The position numbers and the translations under genes were made by a program. A stretch of 64,000 bases of DNA from a virus: the IMG/VR virus record IMGVR_UViG_3300007734_000758; one strand, given 5' to 3'. Positions within the stretch are counted from its first letter, which is position 1. Every line of letters starts with the position of its first letter. Positions 28,075 through 36,917 of this stretch are shown piece by piece. The notes under the pieces are model-generated. The model did not search any database. It was not told the DNA's origin and saw only the letters and a program-made list of their open reading frames with translations.

Positions 28075-31000
28075 TTAAACATTAAAAGAATCCAATCTAC
28101 TTTCATCTAAAAGTGTCCCCGTATCACTAGGTTCGACATGTTCGTTTAATGTTTGAGCAACGCTCGTTGATTTTGCTAATTTATTTTGTTTCATTGAATG
28201 TAATATAGAACCGATATATTTCGTATTTTCACCGAATGCACTGCTAGTTTTAGGAGTTTTAGACATACCAGTATCAACTTTAAATGTATCTGATACATCT
28301 TTCATTCCGAGCGGATCCGGCCCATCTACATCGCGATCACTCTCAAAATTCGTTTTAGCTTTAGGGCGTCCGGGCCCGGGAACATATTCACGTAATCTAG
28401 GATCTTCATACTTACTTGATACGTGCATTGATGCAATATCATGAGGAGTACCATAGCTCTGTTTAGTCAATTTCGGATCATTTCCTTCACTCTTTATCTG
28501 CTCTAAACGGAATTCTTGCTTGGTATCTTCTACCACTAATTCCTGTTCATTTTGCCAACCGTTTTGATCCATATCAAAAATGTTTTCATAGATAAATTTA
28601 CGGCTGAATAACTTACTTTCAATTAACGTATTTGCCAAATCAATCTTTTCCTTCATTAATTCGACCTTCTGACGCTCATATATGATTGAGGGAGAGGTTA
28701 AATTCAATTCGAAGTTAACTAAATCGGCATCTTCAAATCCCTGTGTATATAAGTGAACAACGGCAATCTTATATAACTCACTAATTACTATTCGTTGGAT
28801 ACGTTCAATGGTCCTAGCAAAACGAACATCTTCAGCGGCCAGAGTACTATTATGTATAATCACGCCAGCATCCGTACCAAAATTATGATATCTATTAATC
28901 GTTAAATCGCAGGTATCTATATTCTCAGACAACCATTCAACATTCAGCACCGTATGATTGGCATAGTGTGACTCGTATTGCCTATAATTTTGCATAAATC
29001 CTTTATTGGATAACGCTAGAGGCATGTGTGCAAAAACAAAATCTTCTTTGTTGATATCATATAATTCGAATACACGATTTAACGTAGCTCTAGTAATTCC
29101 TAATTTAGATTCTAAGTCTTTAAACGAATTCGATACTTTAGCAGTCTCCAATAAAATATCATACGGGACTTTGTTAAATTTGCAGTTATATGTATTTCCT
29201 ATCTTTCTATTTCTTGCTATAGCAGAAATACATCCTCCAGCCGCGCATGTTTTATTGTTAGGTACACCTAACCTACCAACAAGTTTACATCCACATATCT
29301 CACAAGTATAATCATACCTAGGCAACTTATTTACAGGTGCGTGGGTTCTAGCATATTCACCTAACTGCTTGGCAGATTTAGCACCACCCTTCTTACCCCC
29401 GTTACTAGAATTAATTAAAAACTGCGGTGAATTTCTATATTGGACCATAGCAGGTGATTTGTTCCACTCATGTGCATTTTTCTGATGAAATTCTCTATGT
29501 TCGAAAAATGTCATTGATCCATCTAAATTATCTGGATTGTTATTCCTAGAATTATAATCTTTATGGTGTATAACTTTACCGTCTTCTTTAATATTATAGT
29601 GATCAGCAACCAATCTATGTACTAAAGTATACTTCTCGGTGCTTGGATTATATACTGTAGTATAGTGTTTTTTGTATCCACCATTTCCTAAATACAACGG
29701 CATTAGAGCTTGACCAGTATTCAAATCTTGAGCCTCTATCCATTCACCGTTTCTAGTTAAAAACTTATGGTCTGGCGTACATTCGATATATTTCCCGTTA
29801 TCCAAATTAACGCGTACTATCTGAGTATTTAACCTAGTATAACCTGCCCACTCAATTTCGCCGGGCACGATACTATTTGTATCTGTATCTAATGAATATA
29901 CATAATTTTGTTTACCCGCATTAAATTCATCAATTAAATCCGAAACGGTTAATACTCTCCCGTCAATCAACGGAATCATAGTTAGCGGACTGATACATTT
30001 ACCTTGGATGCCCTCATCATACCCTAAGAATGCTTTGGGTATCTTCAGCGCAGCCATCATCTTGTTCCTTAAATATTCTATATCCTCTATCTGACCGTCG
30101 CTTGATAATCCAGGCAACGTTTCAATTGAAGTACCACTTTCCGATCCTCGTACAGGTAAATAGAAATCCTCTAACATGTTTTGCATGTTGAATTTCAAAT
30201 TATACTCCCCGGTTTGCGGATCCATATATGGAACTTTCTTTACCTTAGTAATAATATTCTGGATATGAGAATCTACCTCAATCGGTGGGATATTACCTAC
30301 ATCTATCTTAAATATACGACGTTCCGGCGCACGCATAATACGTTGCAGTAACATCGCATCTTCCATCAGTACTAACTGCTTAAATAATTTACGAGCACCT
30401 TCGATCATTGATTTTCCGTACGGTAAGAAATTCGTATCGGATAGCATTCTAAAGTGTGCTATTTCATAATATTCAAAATGTGTATTCTTTTCATTGGAAC
30501 TATACACAGAGTTTTTACCGATAAATGTGAAACGTACACTGTACGGATTTTCAGGATCGTATCCCTCTTGTCTTTCTAATTCATAGGCTGATATGGGCAT
30601 TACGTTAACAACACCCAATTCTTCATTAATATCTAAATACAGATAAAAATCTCCGTATTTACACATATTACGAACCCACGGCCATAAATTATACTCGACA
30701 TTCAATACATCATAAAATAAGTTATGAAGTATCTTTTGAATACGTGCATCCTCAGTCTTAATCTCTAATACAATATTGTTTTCTGAATATGTAGTAGATT
30801 CATCTGCATAAATATCAAGCGCAGATGAAATGATCGGATCTAAGTCCATTGCTTCATAATCAGTATACAATTGAGTCTTTACCGCATGGAAACTGTAAGC
30901 GTTACCAATACCAGTAACTCCCATAGTACGATTTGTATGCAGACCAGCAAAACGATCTACGTATGTACTTCCATATGGGTTACCTCCCGCTTGGAGTTTA

Positions 31001-31101
31001 CTCGTATCAGTTACTTTAATCTTATTGGCGCCTACCTTCCGTACTATAACTTGAGTACTGAATAAACGCCTTAACCTAGCACGTATTGATGTATCTATCA
31101 T
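28075..31101 (-). CDS. Portal protein (T4 gp20-like) with intein
   Basis: LMEDAML..RI.RAPERRIFKIDVGN, EDFYLP.RG...GT.IETLPG, ALKIP, EDVRFARTIERIQ. Confidence 0.93.
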   Translation of the reverse strand: MIDTSIRARLRRLFSTQVIVRKVGANKIKVTDTSKLQAGGNPYGSTYVDRFAGLHTNRTMGVTGIGNAYSFHAVKTQLYTDYEAMDLDPIISSALDIYADESTTYSENNIVLEIKTEDARIQKILHNLFYDVLNVEYNLWPWVRNMCKYGDFYLYLDINEELGVVNVMPISAYELERQEGYDPENPYSVRFTFIGKNSVYSSNEKNTHFEYYEIAHFRMLSDTNFLPYGKSMIEGARKLFKQLVLMEDAMLLQRIMRAPERRIFKIDVGNIPPIEVDSHIQNIITKVKKVPYMDPQTGEYNLKFNMQNMLEDFYLPVRGSESGTSIETLPGLSSDGQIEDIEYLRNKMMAALKIPKAFLGYDEGIQGKCISPLTMIPLIDGRVLTVSDLIDEFNAGKQNYVYSLDTDTNSIVPGEIEWAGYTRLNTQIVRVNLDNGKYIECTPDHKFLTRNGEWIEAQDLNTGQALMPLYLGNGGYKKHYTTVYNPSTEKYTLVHRLVADHYNIKEDGKVIHHKDYNSRNNNPDNLDGSMTFFEHREFHQKNAHEWNKSPAMVQYRNSPQFLINSSNGGKKGGAKSAKQLGEYARTHAPVNKLPRYDYTCEICGCKLVGRLGVPNNKTCAAGGCISAIARNRKIGNTYNCKFNKVPYDILLETAKVSNSFKDLESKLGITRATLNRVFELYDINKEDFVFAHMPLALSNKGFMQNYRQYESHYANHTVLNVEWLSENIDTCDLTINRYHNFGTDAGVIIHNSTLAAEDVRFARTIERIQRIVISELYKIAVVHLYTQGFEDADLVNFELNLTSPSIIYERQKVELMKEKIDLANTLIESKLFSRKFIYENIFDMDQNGWQNEQELVVEDTKQEFRLEQIKSEGNDPKLTKQSYGTPHDIASMHVSSKYEDPRLREYVPGPGRPKAKTNFESDRDVDGPDPLGMKDVSDTFKVDTGMSKTPKTSSAFGENTKYIGSILHSMKQNKLAKSTSVAQTLNEHVEPSDTGTLLDESRLDSFNV
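28849..29997 (-). mobile_element. 383-aa intein with HNH homing endonuclease in portal
   Basis: GK/CISPLT...CTPDHKF...HNFGTDAGVIIHN/S; internal VHRLVA...IHHKDYNSRNNNPDNL. Confidence 0.92.
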
Positions 31102-31121
31102 ACCTTATTTATTAATAAATA

Positions 31122-33119
31122 TTACAATAACCATTTTAATGATTCAGAAGAACCATCTGGTAGTTTACTTGTCCAGGGAGAATTACTTGGATCATTGACT
31201 GTATATATACCGGAATGCTTTCCTATATGTGTTACAGCCTTTAATGTTAGATCTAAACCCTGTTGTTTCAATTTTAATGCAGTATCACGTATCCACAATG
31301 CAATACATAATGACATAATTAAGTCATCATTATAGCCATGCTGCGCTTCTGCTCGGTTACCAATCCAAATAAATACTAGCAATTCATCAATTAACCGTTT
31401 ACTATGTATGATTGGTGCCTTTTCACGGAAATAGGTTTCTAATTTCGCAATCATTAGTGGTCTGGTCTTGGATGAGGTAGTGAAGCCAGGAACCATTGCA
31501 CTCTTATCTTTAAGATCATATCCTTTAGACAAATGAATATTCTCATCCAAATAACCATCCTGTCGGTAGCTGTAATAAAGATTTGGGTATCCTTTATCTA
31601 TTGCTACCTGTATAACTGCCCAACCAATATTAGCATTTTCAATCGCCAATATTGCATTGTTATATTCCGTAGCCATTGATACTAACATGTGACCGTATTC
31701 AGTCGTTCCTATCTTTCCTCTAAATTCAGCTACCTGTCGTAAACTCTTTAATTCAATAATATGGAATGCTGAATAGTCCCCGCCATCACCGCGGGCAACG
31801 TCGGCCGCTACTATATAATCTTTTGTATAATCCGGGTACTCCCATAGCCACAATTCACCACCCATTCCACGTTTTTCTATAGGTTCCTGTGTATAGGTTT
31901 CTCGATACCATTCTATCAATTCACCTGCAACTACGGTGTGTCCGGATGAAATGAAGTCGGTGTCGCAGTTGTGACTTAATAACCCGTTAGTAAAATATAC
32001 ATTGCCATTAGCAACATCAACCAAATCAAATAAGTCGATCGGTTCCGTTATTGTTTCAATTTCCAATATGCACAACTTACCATGCGTTGATTCAATTGCA
32101 TCTCCTACATGTAAAGTATCTGCATATACCTCAGAACCTTCGATAATAAATCTATGATTTTTGGAGCATTCTAAGTCTATTCCGCCTTCAAGTAAAATAC
32201 GCAACCTGTCGGATTTCTGTACTCGGCGGATGCCGGTAAAAAATTGATAACCGTTTGGAGTTAAAACACTATATTTGGTATTTTTATTCTCTTCTGCAAG
32301 TCGTTCATATAATTCGTTTATAGTAATTTCTTCCTCGTCACCAGTTATATTATTTACTATATTCACCAAACTATTGCCGGAAACACACTCCTGTGCCGCC
32401 AATCTTTCACCTAATAATTCAGTTTGAAGCTGACGCCAACTCTCATCCCTTTCCGGATGCAGTGACCAATGTAAACGTATTGGATGGAACTGTCCGCCGG
32501 ATTCGGCATCTACCCATGTCCTATGGAAGAAGTTACCAGTACCGTTCGGTGTACTCAGTACAATTGCACCACCACCCGTCGCTAATGTTTGTTGTGCTGC
32601 TGCCCATATCTCATCAATCTTTGTGATAAAGGCAGCCTCATCGATTATAAGAAGTGAGAGTGCTTCAGAACGACCCGAATGACCTGCACTAGAAACGGCC
32701 TTTATTTGTGAGCCGTTCTTAAACTTAAGCGATAATTTGTTATCTTCAATAGTAATACCACGTAACCAGGTAGGTAGGTTTTCGTGCATTACTCTCACTT
32801 TAGTTACTAAGTTTTTTGCTACCTCTTGTGTAGTGGCGATTACTAATACGTTGAAATCATTCTTGAATAACATGCACCAAAGTGAATATCCAGCAACTAG
32901 GGTAGAGATACCCATTTGCCTTGATTTCAGAATGACATTGTAACGATTATCTGCTAATTCTTGTAGTGTGTTCTCTTGGAAGTTATATAACTGGAAGAAT
33001 ACCTTTCCTTTGGTAGGGTGTTGGATAATACAATACTTTTTCATGAAATATACCGGATTAACGGCACACTTCATGTATTCTTCAGCAATAATTTGTTTTA
33101 GCGATTTGTTCTCAGCCAT
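31122..33119 (-). CDS. terL: Terminase large subunit (T4 gp17-like) with mini-intein
   Basis: KSRQMGIST, LLIIDEAAF, LSTPNG, DVARGDGGDYS, NDDLIMS. Confidence 0.93.
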   Translation of the reverse strand: MAENKSLKQIIAEEYMKCAVNPVYFMKKYCIIQHPTKGKVFFQLYNFQENTLQELADNRYNVILKSRQMGISTLVAGYSLWCMLFKNDFNVLVIATTQEVAKNLVTKVRVMHENLPTWLRGITIEDNKLSLKFKNGSQIKAVSSAGHSGRSEALSLLIIDEAAFITKIDEIWAAAQQTLATGGGAIVLSTPNGTGNFFHRTWVDAESGGQFHPIRLHWSLHPERDESWRQLQTELLGERLAAQECVSGNSLVNIVNNITGDEEEITINELYERLAEENKNTKYSVLTPNGYQFFTGIRRVQKSDRLRILLEGGIDLECSKNHRFIIEGSEVYADTLHVGDAIESTHGKLCILEIETITEPIDLFDLVDVANGNVYFTNGLLSHNCDTDFISSGHTVVAGELIEWYRETYTQEPIEKRGMGGELWLWEYPDYTKDYIVAADVARGDGGDYSAFHIIELKSLRQVAEFRGKIGTTEYGHMLVSMATEYNNAILAIENANIGWAVIQVAIDKGYPNLYYSYRQDGYLDENIHLSKGYDLKDKSAMVPGFTTSSKTRPLMIAKLETYFREKAPIIHSKRLIDELLVFIWIGNRAEAQHGYNDDLIMSLCIALWIRDTALKLKQQGLDLTLKAVTHIGKHSGIYTVNDPSNSPWTSKLPDGSSESLKWLL
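31968..32387 (-). mobile_element. 140-aa mini-intein in terminase
   Basis: AQE/CVSGNS...CSKNHRF...LFDLVDV...YFTNGLLSHN/C; no endonuclease domain. Confidence 0.92.
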
Positions 33120-33129
33120 ATAACCATTC

Positions 33130-33161
33130 GCAATATAAGATTAATCTTCCATACTTCCAAG
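33130..33161 (-). promoter_or_regulatory. Bacteroidota sigma70-like promoter for terminase
   Basis: CTTG-N20-TATATTGC. Confidence 0.5.
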
Positions 33162-33524
33162 AAGCTGCTTCTCTAATCTATCGCGATGTTTTTGCAATTT
33201 CATACGGTCTGCTACATATTCTTCTTTATTGATAGTACCCGCTTTGAATTTCTTAAATAACATATCCATACCACGCTGAACTTTCAATAATTGATCATTC
33301 AATTTGTTATATGAAGTATCAAAGCCACCCTCTTGATCCCAGTCTAATGAATCGTCTTCATCGGTAGCTTCTTCTACCTTTTTACTGACAACATCGCGAC
33401 GGTTTTTGAGATATTCGTCTGATGCATCAACATCGCCATCATTGTCGATGTCTGCGTCTTCTTTTCCTACTGGATCTAAAGCTTCTAAAACTTTTAGACC
33501 TAACATTGATTTTAACTTAATCAT
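33141..33524 (-). CDS. Putative internal head protein with DxDxDG (Ca-binding-like) motif; ATG at 33524
   Basis: MIKLKSML..VLE leader; LDPVGKEDADIDNDGDVDASDEYL. Confidence 0.6.
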   Translation of the reverse strand: MIKLKSMLGLKVLEALDPVGKEDADIDNDGDVDASDEYLKNRRDVVSKKVEEATDEDDSLDWDQEGGFDTSYNKLNDQLLKVQRGMDMLFKKFKAGTINKEEYVADRMKLQKHRDRLEKQLLGSMED

Positions 33525-33536
33525 ATACAATAAATA

Positions 33537-34184
33537 TTAGGCAGTTTCATTTTCCTGAATGCCATAATATTGTAATATACGATTCCTGAAGTCTGCATAA
33601 TCAGCACGGAGTTGTGCCTCTTGTTCCTCTACATTAGATCCTAAGTCCCACTTTTCAAGTGTACCGTCTGCATTGACATATGAAGGATCTTTTTTAATGT
33701 TAGCAATCATGTCTTCAAATTCCTGGTCAGTATCACGTATCCAGGCCTTAACATTCTCTTGCATCTTTTGCATTTGAAAATCGCCGAATTTGCCTTCATA
33801 CATGAGTTTCGTATCACGCTTAGCAACACAGTCAATACACATCTTATACAATGACCACATCCTAGTGTCTGCAACCCCACTCATGTTTTTATCACAGTGT
33901 GGACAGTGGCTTGGCATCTGCATATCTGAAAACAATTCCGGACTCTCGTGCCGTATTGCTTCCATTACACCGATTTTACGCTTGAATCCCTTTTCTTGTT
34001 TCCAATGCGTTTCTTCACCGGTCACCGGATCTGTTTCAGTCCAGACATCTCCCGTTTTTCTAGAAATTACGTTTGGGTCGTTTTCCGATTTTGTATCGGA
34101 CATGAAAAAACTCTTCTTAGTTTGAGTTCTATGCGTGCCATCTAGCATCTGACGCAACGCTTCAGTATTACGTAACCTTGTCAT
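33537..34184 (-). CDS. Hypothetical Zn-binding protein
   Basis: CPHC...CIDC. Confidence 0.65.
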   Translation of the reverse strand: MTRLRNTEALRQMLDGTHRTQTKKSFFMSDTKSENDPNVISRKTGDVWTETDPVTGEETHWKQEKGFKRKIGVMEAIRHESPELFSDMQMPSHCPHCDKNMSGVADTRMWSLYKMCIDCVAKRDTKLMYEGKFGDFQMQKMQENVKAWIRDTDQEFEDMIANIKKDPSYVNADGTLEKWDLGSNVEEQEAQLRADYADFRNRILQYYGIQENETA

Positions 34185-34190
34185 ATTATT

Positions 34191-34511
34191 TTATTGATTT
34201 CTTAATTTTTCGCGTAATTTGTAGATTAATTCGCGAGTCACTAATTTCGATTTAACATCGCCAGTCTTTTCATCCATAATATCAATCATTGTCATAATGA
34301 TATCAGCCATATCTTTAGCGGGCCTTGAAGGTAAACGGCGAACTAATTGTTTAATCTGTGACAGTGAACCAATCTTTTCAACCTGCTTTTCTACAGGAGA
34401 TTTAGCTTTCATAGGTTCACCTGGAGTGAGATCACCACGGACAGGCAATGCTTCCTGCAATGCTGCTTCAATCTCTTCTCTAATTATTTGTTCTAAGTCT
34501 GATCGTTTCAT
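34191..34511 (-). CDS. Small putative internal head protein
   Basis: N-terminus MKRSDLEQIIREEIEAALQE. Confidence 0.7.
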   Translation of the reverse strand: MKRSDLEQIIREEIEAALQEALPVRGDLTPGEPMKAKSPVEKQVEKIGSLSQIKQLVRRLPSRPAKDMADIIMTMIDIMDEKTGDVKSKLVTRELIYKLREKLRNQ

Positions 34512-34534
34512 TCTATTATTCTTTTATATAAATA

Positions 34535-36328
34535 TTACCTAATATACTTTAACATACCTAAAATTTGATTTGCAGGAGCAAATGCGCCTGTCAATTTATA
34601 TGTATCGCCTTTATATGTAAATACTATTCCCTCTAACGGAACTAATTTATCTAAACCACCTAACTTATTGATACGTTTCAATTGGTCACGTAATTTATCT
34701 AAGATAGCGATATCCCCTGATGCTTGTATCTGCTTTATAGTATCTGCTATACCTTTACGCATTTCTTTTACCGCATCATTAGGTACGGCTGAAAGCACAT
34801 CAGATATATTACTCAATACCTCAGCACCCAACTCTAAAAATATATCTTCAAATTGACCCACATTACGTTTCATCTGATTTTCTGCAAATTCTTTATCTAC
34901 CTGCTTCATATCATTCAACTCATCTGTATCAGAAGTAATATTTTTGTCTAATCTGAATGACCTGTCTCCACGTGACCAACGGGAAATTAATGCTTCTTTA
35001 CTTTCCTGGGAAATATCTGGGTAATTTTTATCGATATAATCGTCCCACCATCTATCGCTCCACTCAATAACCTCATCATTATCAGTCAATCCATATACCT
35101 TTTGTAACTTGTCTATCTTATTTAAGTAATAGGGTAAACGTTTATCGAAAGATTTGGATTTTTCTATCTGTACTACTTTGGGAGGAATTATCTTAAACTG
35201 CTTTTGTGTGTCTGCATTTACCTTTGCAATCATACGCTGTAACTTCTTTCCGTATTCTGGATAGGTATCGACTACTTTTCCCGTTTCATCATACTCAACC
35301 AATCCGTGAAACTGTAAATATGCATCTGTACCATAATTGATAATATTCTTAGTTTCAGGAAAAATGATTTCTAAATTCATGAACCGTTTTCCGTTCTGGA
35401 ATATCTCATCCAATTCCCTTTTCGGCAAACGATTTAATGCAGATTCTAAATCATCCATTGCAAATCCAAAAGCACGTTCAATTGAACCACGTCCTGCAAA
35501 TTTCATCTTTATATCATCAGCACTTATTGGATCTTTTATTTGTGTTTTGTTTCTTGCTGCTAGTACCTGACCGTCCTTAAATGTAATCTGCAGGTTCTGT
35601 CCATCAGTCTTTTCAACTACATCCTTCTCAATATTCAATTCACCTGCCAAGGCTCTACGTATCATCTCCTTCATATCACCGAAGGTTAAGTCGTTCTTAT
35701 CAAACGGGTGATTGAGATGGCCGGCGGCGCCACCCTCCATTATGGATTCACGGACAGAGAACTTATCGGCTAACATATTCGCTATACCCGAATCATACCA
35801 TCCCATTATTTGTTTGAATTGCTTAGGAGAAGCAGTCGCTAATACATTACGCAACTCAGTACCACTCATCTCTCCATATCCTGGTATAGCAATACTAACG
35901 TGTGGAAGTACATATAGATACCCATGTTCCTGATAACCTTTAAGATTATTCTCATTTCCCTTTAACGGTTGAAAATAACTCGATTTACCGGATTTCAACA
36001 TTCCGGTACGGAATCTAGGATCTTCACGCATATCCTTATCACCGACTGCAAATACCACTGAAGTATCTTCAGGAAATGTAGCAGTTAATTCTTCTGCTTT
36101 ATACGGATTCTTTACCTGGATAAATCGATTTGAGGGGATACCGTGTGCTACGGCTACTTTACGTTTCTCTGCAAATGTTAATGGAGAACGTCCCGGTTCA
36201 ACTTTACCGGAAGTTACAACATATACGTTATTTTTACCAAACTGATCGACTAAATCAAGATATGAGTTATAATGATGTCGACCCATTGGCTGGAATCGAC
36301 CTGGGTATATTGCTACTATTCGGGGCAT
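34535..36328 (-). CDS. Two-domain protein: HIGH-type (cytidylyltransferase-like) nucleotidyltransferase plus ligase-like KxDG domain
   Basis: YPGRFQPMGRHH, PL.F.EK, AVGDKD, MSGTELR; then EGGAAGHLNHP, EKTDG, EGIVF, YKLTG. Confidence 0.65.
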   Translation of the reverse strand: MPRIVAIYPGRFQPMGRHHYNSYLDLVDQFGKNNVYVVTSGKVEPGRSPLTFAEKRKVAVAHGIPSNRFIQVKNPYKAEELTATFPEDTSVVFAVGDKDMREDPRFRTGMLKSGKSSYFQPLKGNENNLKGYQEHGYLYVLPHVSIAIPGYGEMSGTELRNVLATASPKQFKQIMGWYDSGIANMLADKFSVRESIMEGGAAGHLNHPFDKNDLTFGDMKEMIRRALAGELNIEKDVVEKTDGQNLQITFKDGQVLAARNKTQIKDPISADDIKMKFAGRGSIERAFGFAMDDLESALNRLPKRELDEIFQNGKRFMNLEIIFPETKNIINYGTDAYLQFHGLVEYDETGKVVDTYPEYGKKLQRMIAKVNADTQKQFKIIPPKVVQIEKSKSFDKRLPYYLNKIDKLQKVYGLTDNDEVIEWSDRWWDDYIDKNYPDISQESKEALISRWSRGDRSFRLDKNITSDTDELNDMKQVDKEFAENQMKRNVGQFEDIFLELGAEVLSNISDVLSAVPNDAVKEMRKGIADTIKQIQASGDIAILDKLRDQLKRINKLGGLDKLVPLEGIVFTYKGDTYKLTGAFAPANQILGMLKYIR

Positions 36329-36340
36329 ATACTATAAATA

Positions 36341-36670
36341 TTACGTGATTTCTAAATACGATAATAAGGTATCGAATGAAGCCGAGAATGTAGTAGAAAT
36401 CTTTATAGAATCGCCAGTCTGTAATACTAGGGTATCTGAGATAGGTTGGAAGGTTGATTGTAATGGTATAGATGCACTTTCAATTAAGAAGTAGTCCGTA
36501 GGGGAACCGCTTTTGTTTATCACTACATCCGTATATACCATACTACTAGTGGTCACGTTTGAAATATATAAGCTCTTAAGTAATGTAGTAGTACTTATCG
36601 GTGCCGTATATAGTGTAGTCGCTCCTACACTAATAATTTTATTTGCTGATAATTTATATGTATTTGGCAT
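36341..36670 (-). CDS. Small beta-rich virion protein of the fibre cassette
   Basis: TTLYTAP...LYISNV...LVLQTGDSI...SYLEIT pattern. Confidence 0.6.
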   Translation of the reverse strand: MPNTYKLSANKIISVGATTLYTAPISTTTLLKSLYISNVTTSSMVYTDVVINKSGSPTDYFLIESASIPLQSTFQPISDTLVLQTGDSIKISTTFSASFDTLLSYLEIT

Positions 36671-36674
36671 ATTG

Positions 36675-36905
36675 TTAACCTTCTATAGTTTCGGTGTAGT
36701 TGTTAGGATTCGGATCTGGCAATGGGATATTGAAAAATATACGGGCTTCCTCTTCGGAATCAAACCAATACCAGCCGTCTACTGGATATGTATAGGTGTT
36801 ACGTTCTTCCCTAAATAATCTAAAAGCATCGTATGCTCCGTAAACAAAGTTATGTCCACAGAACAATTCATCATTTATATATTTATAAAAACCTGCTGTA
36901 TTCAT
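36675..36905 (-). CDS. Small fibre-associated (chaperone-like) protein
   Basis: Directly after the LRR fibre gene; YTYPVDGWYWFDSEEEA; late motif adjacent to the ATG. Confidence 0.55.
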   Translation of the reverse strand: MNTAGFYKYINDELFCGHNFVYGAYDAFRLFREERNTYTYPVDGWYWFDSEEEARIFFNIPLPDPNPNNYTETIEG

Positions 36906-36917
36906 ATACTATAAATA

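Noticed and set aside
33525-36343. Readthrough fusions between same-frame neighbours (36341/36328, 34191/34184, 33537/33524)
   Set aside because: The gaps hold the late motif or simple spacers, there are no matched codons around the stops, and each gene has its own ATG.
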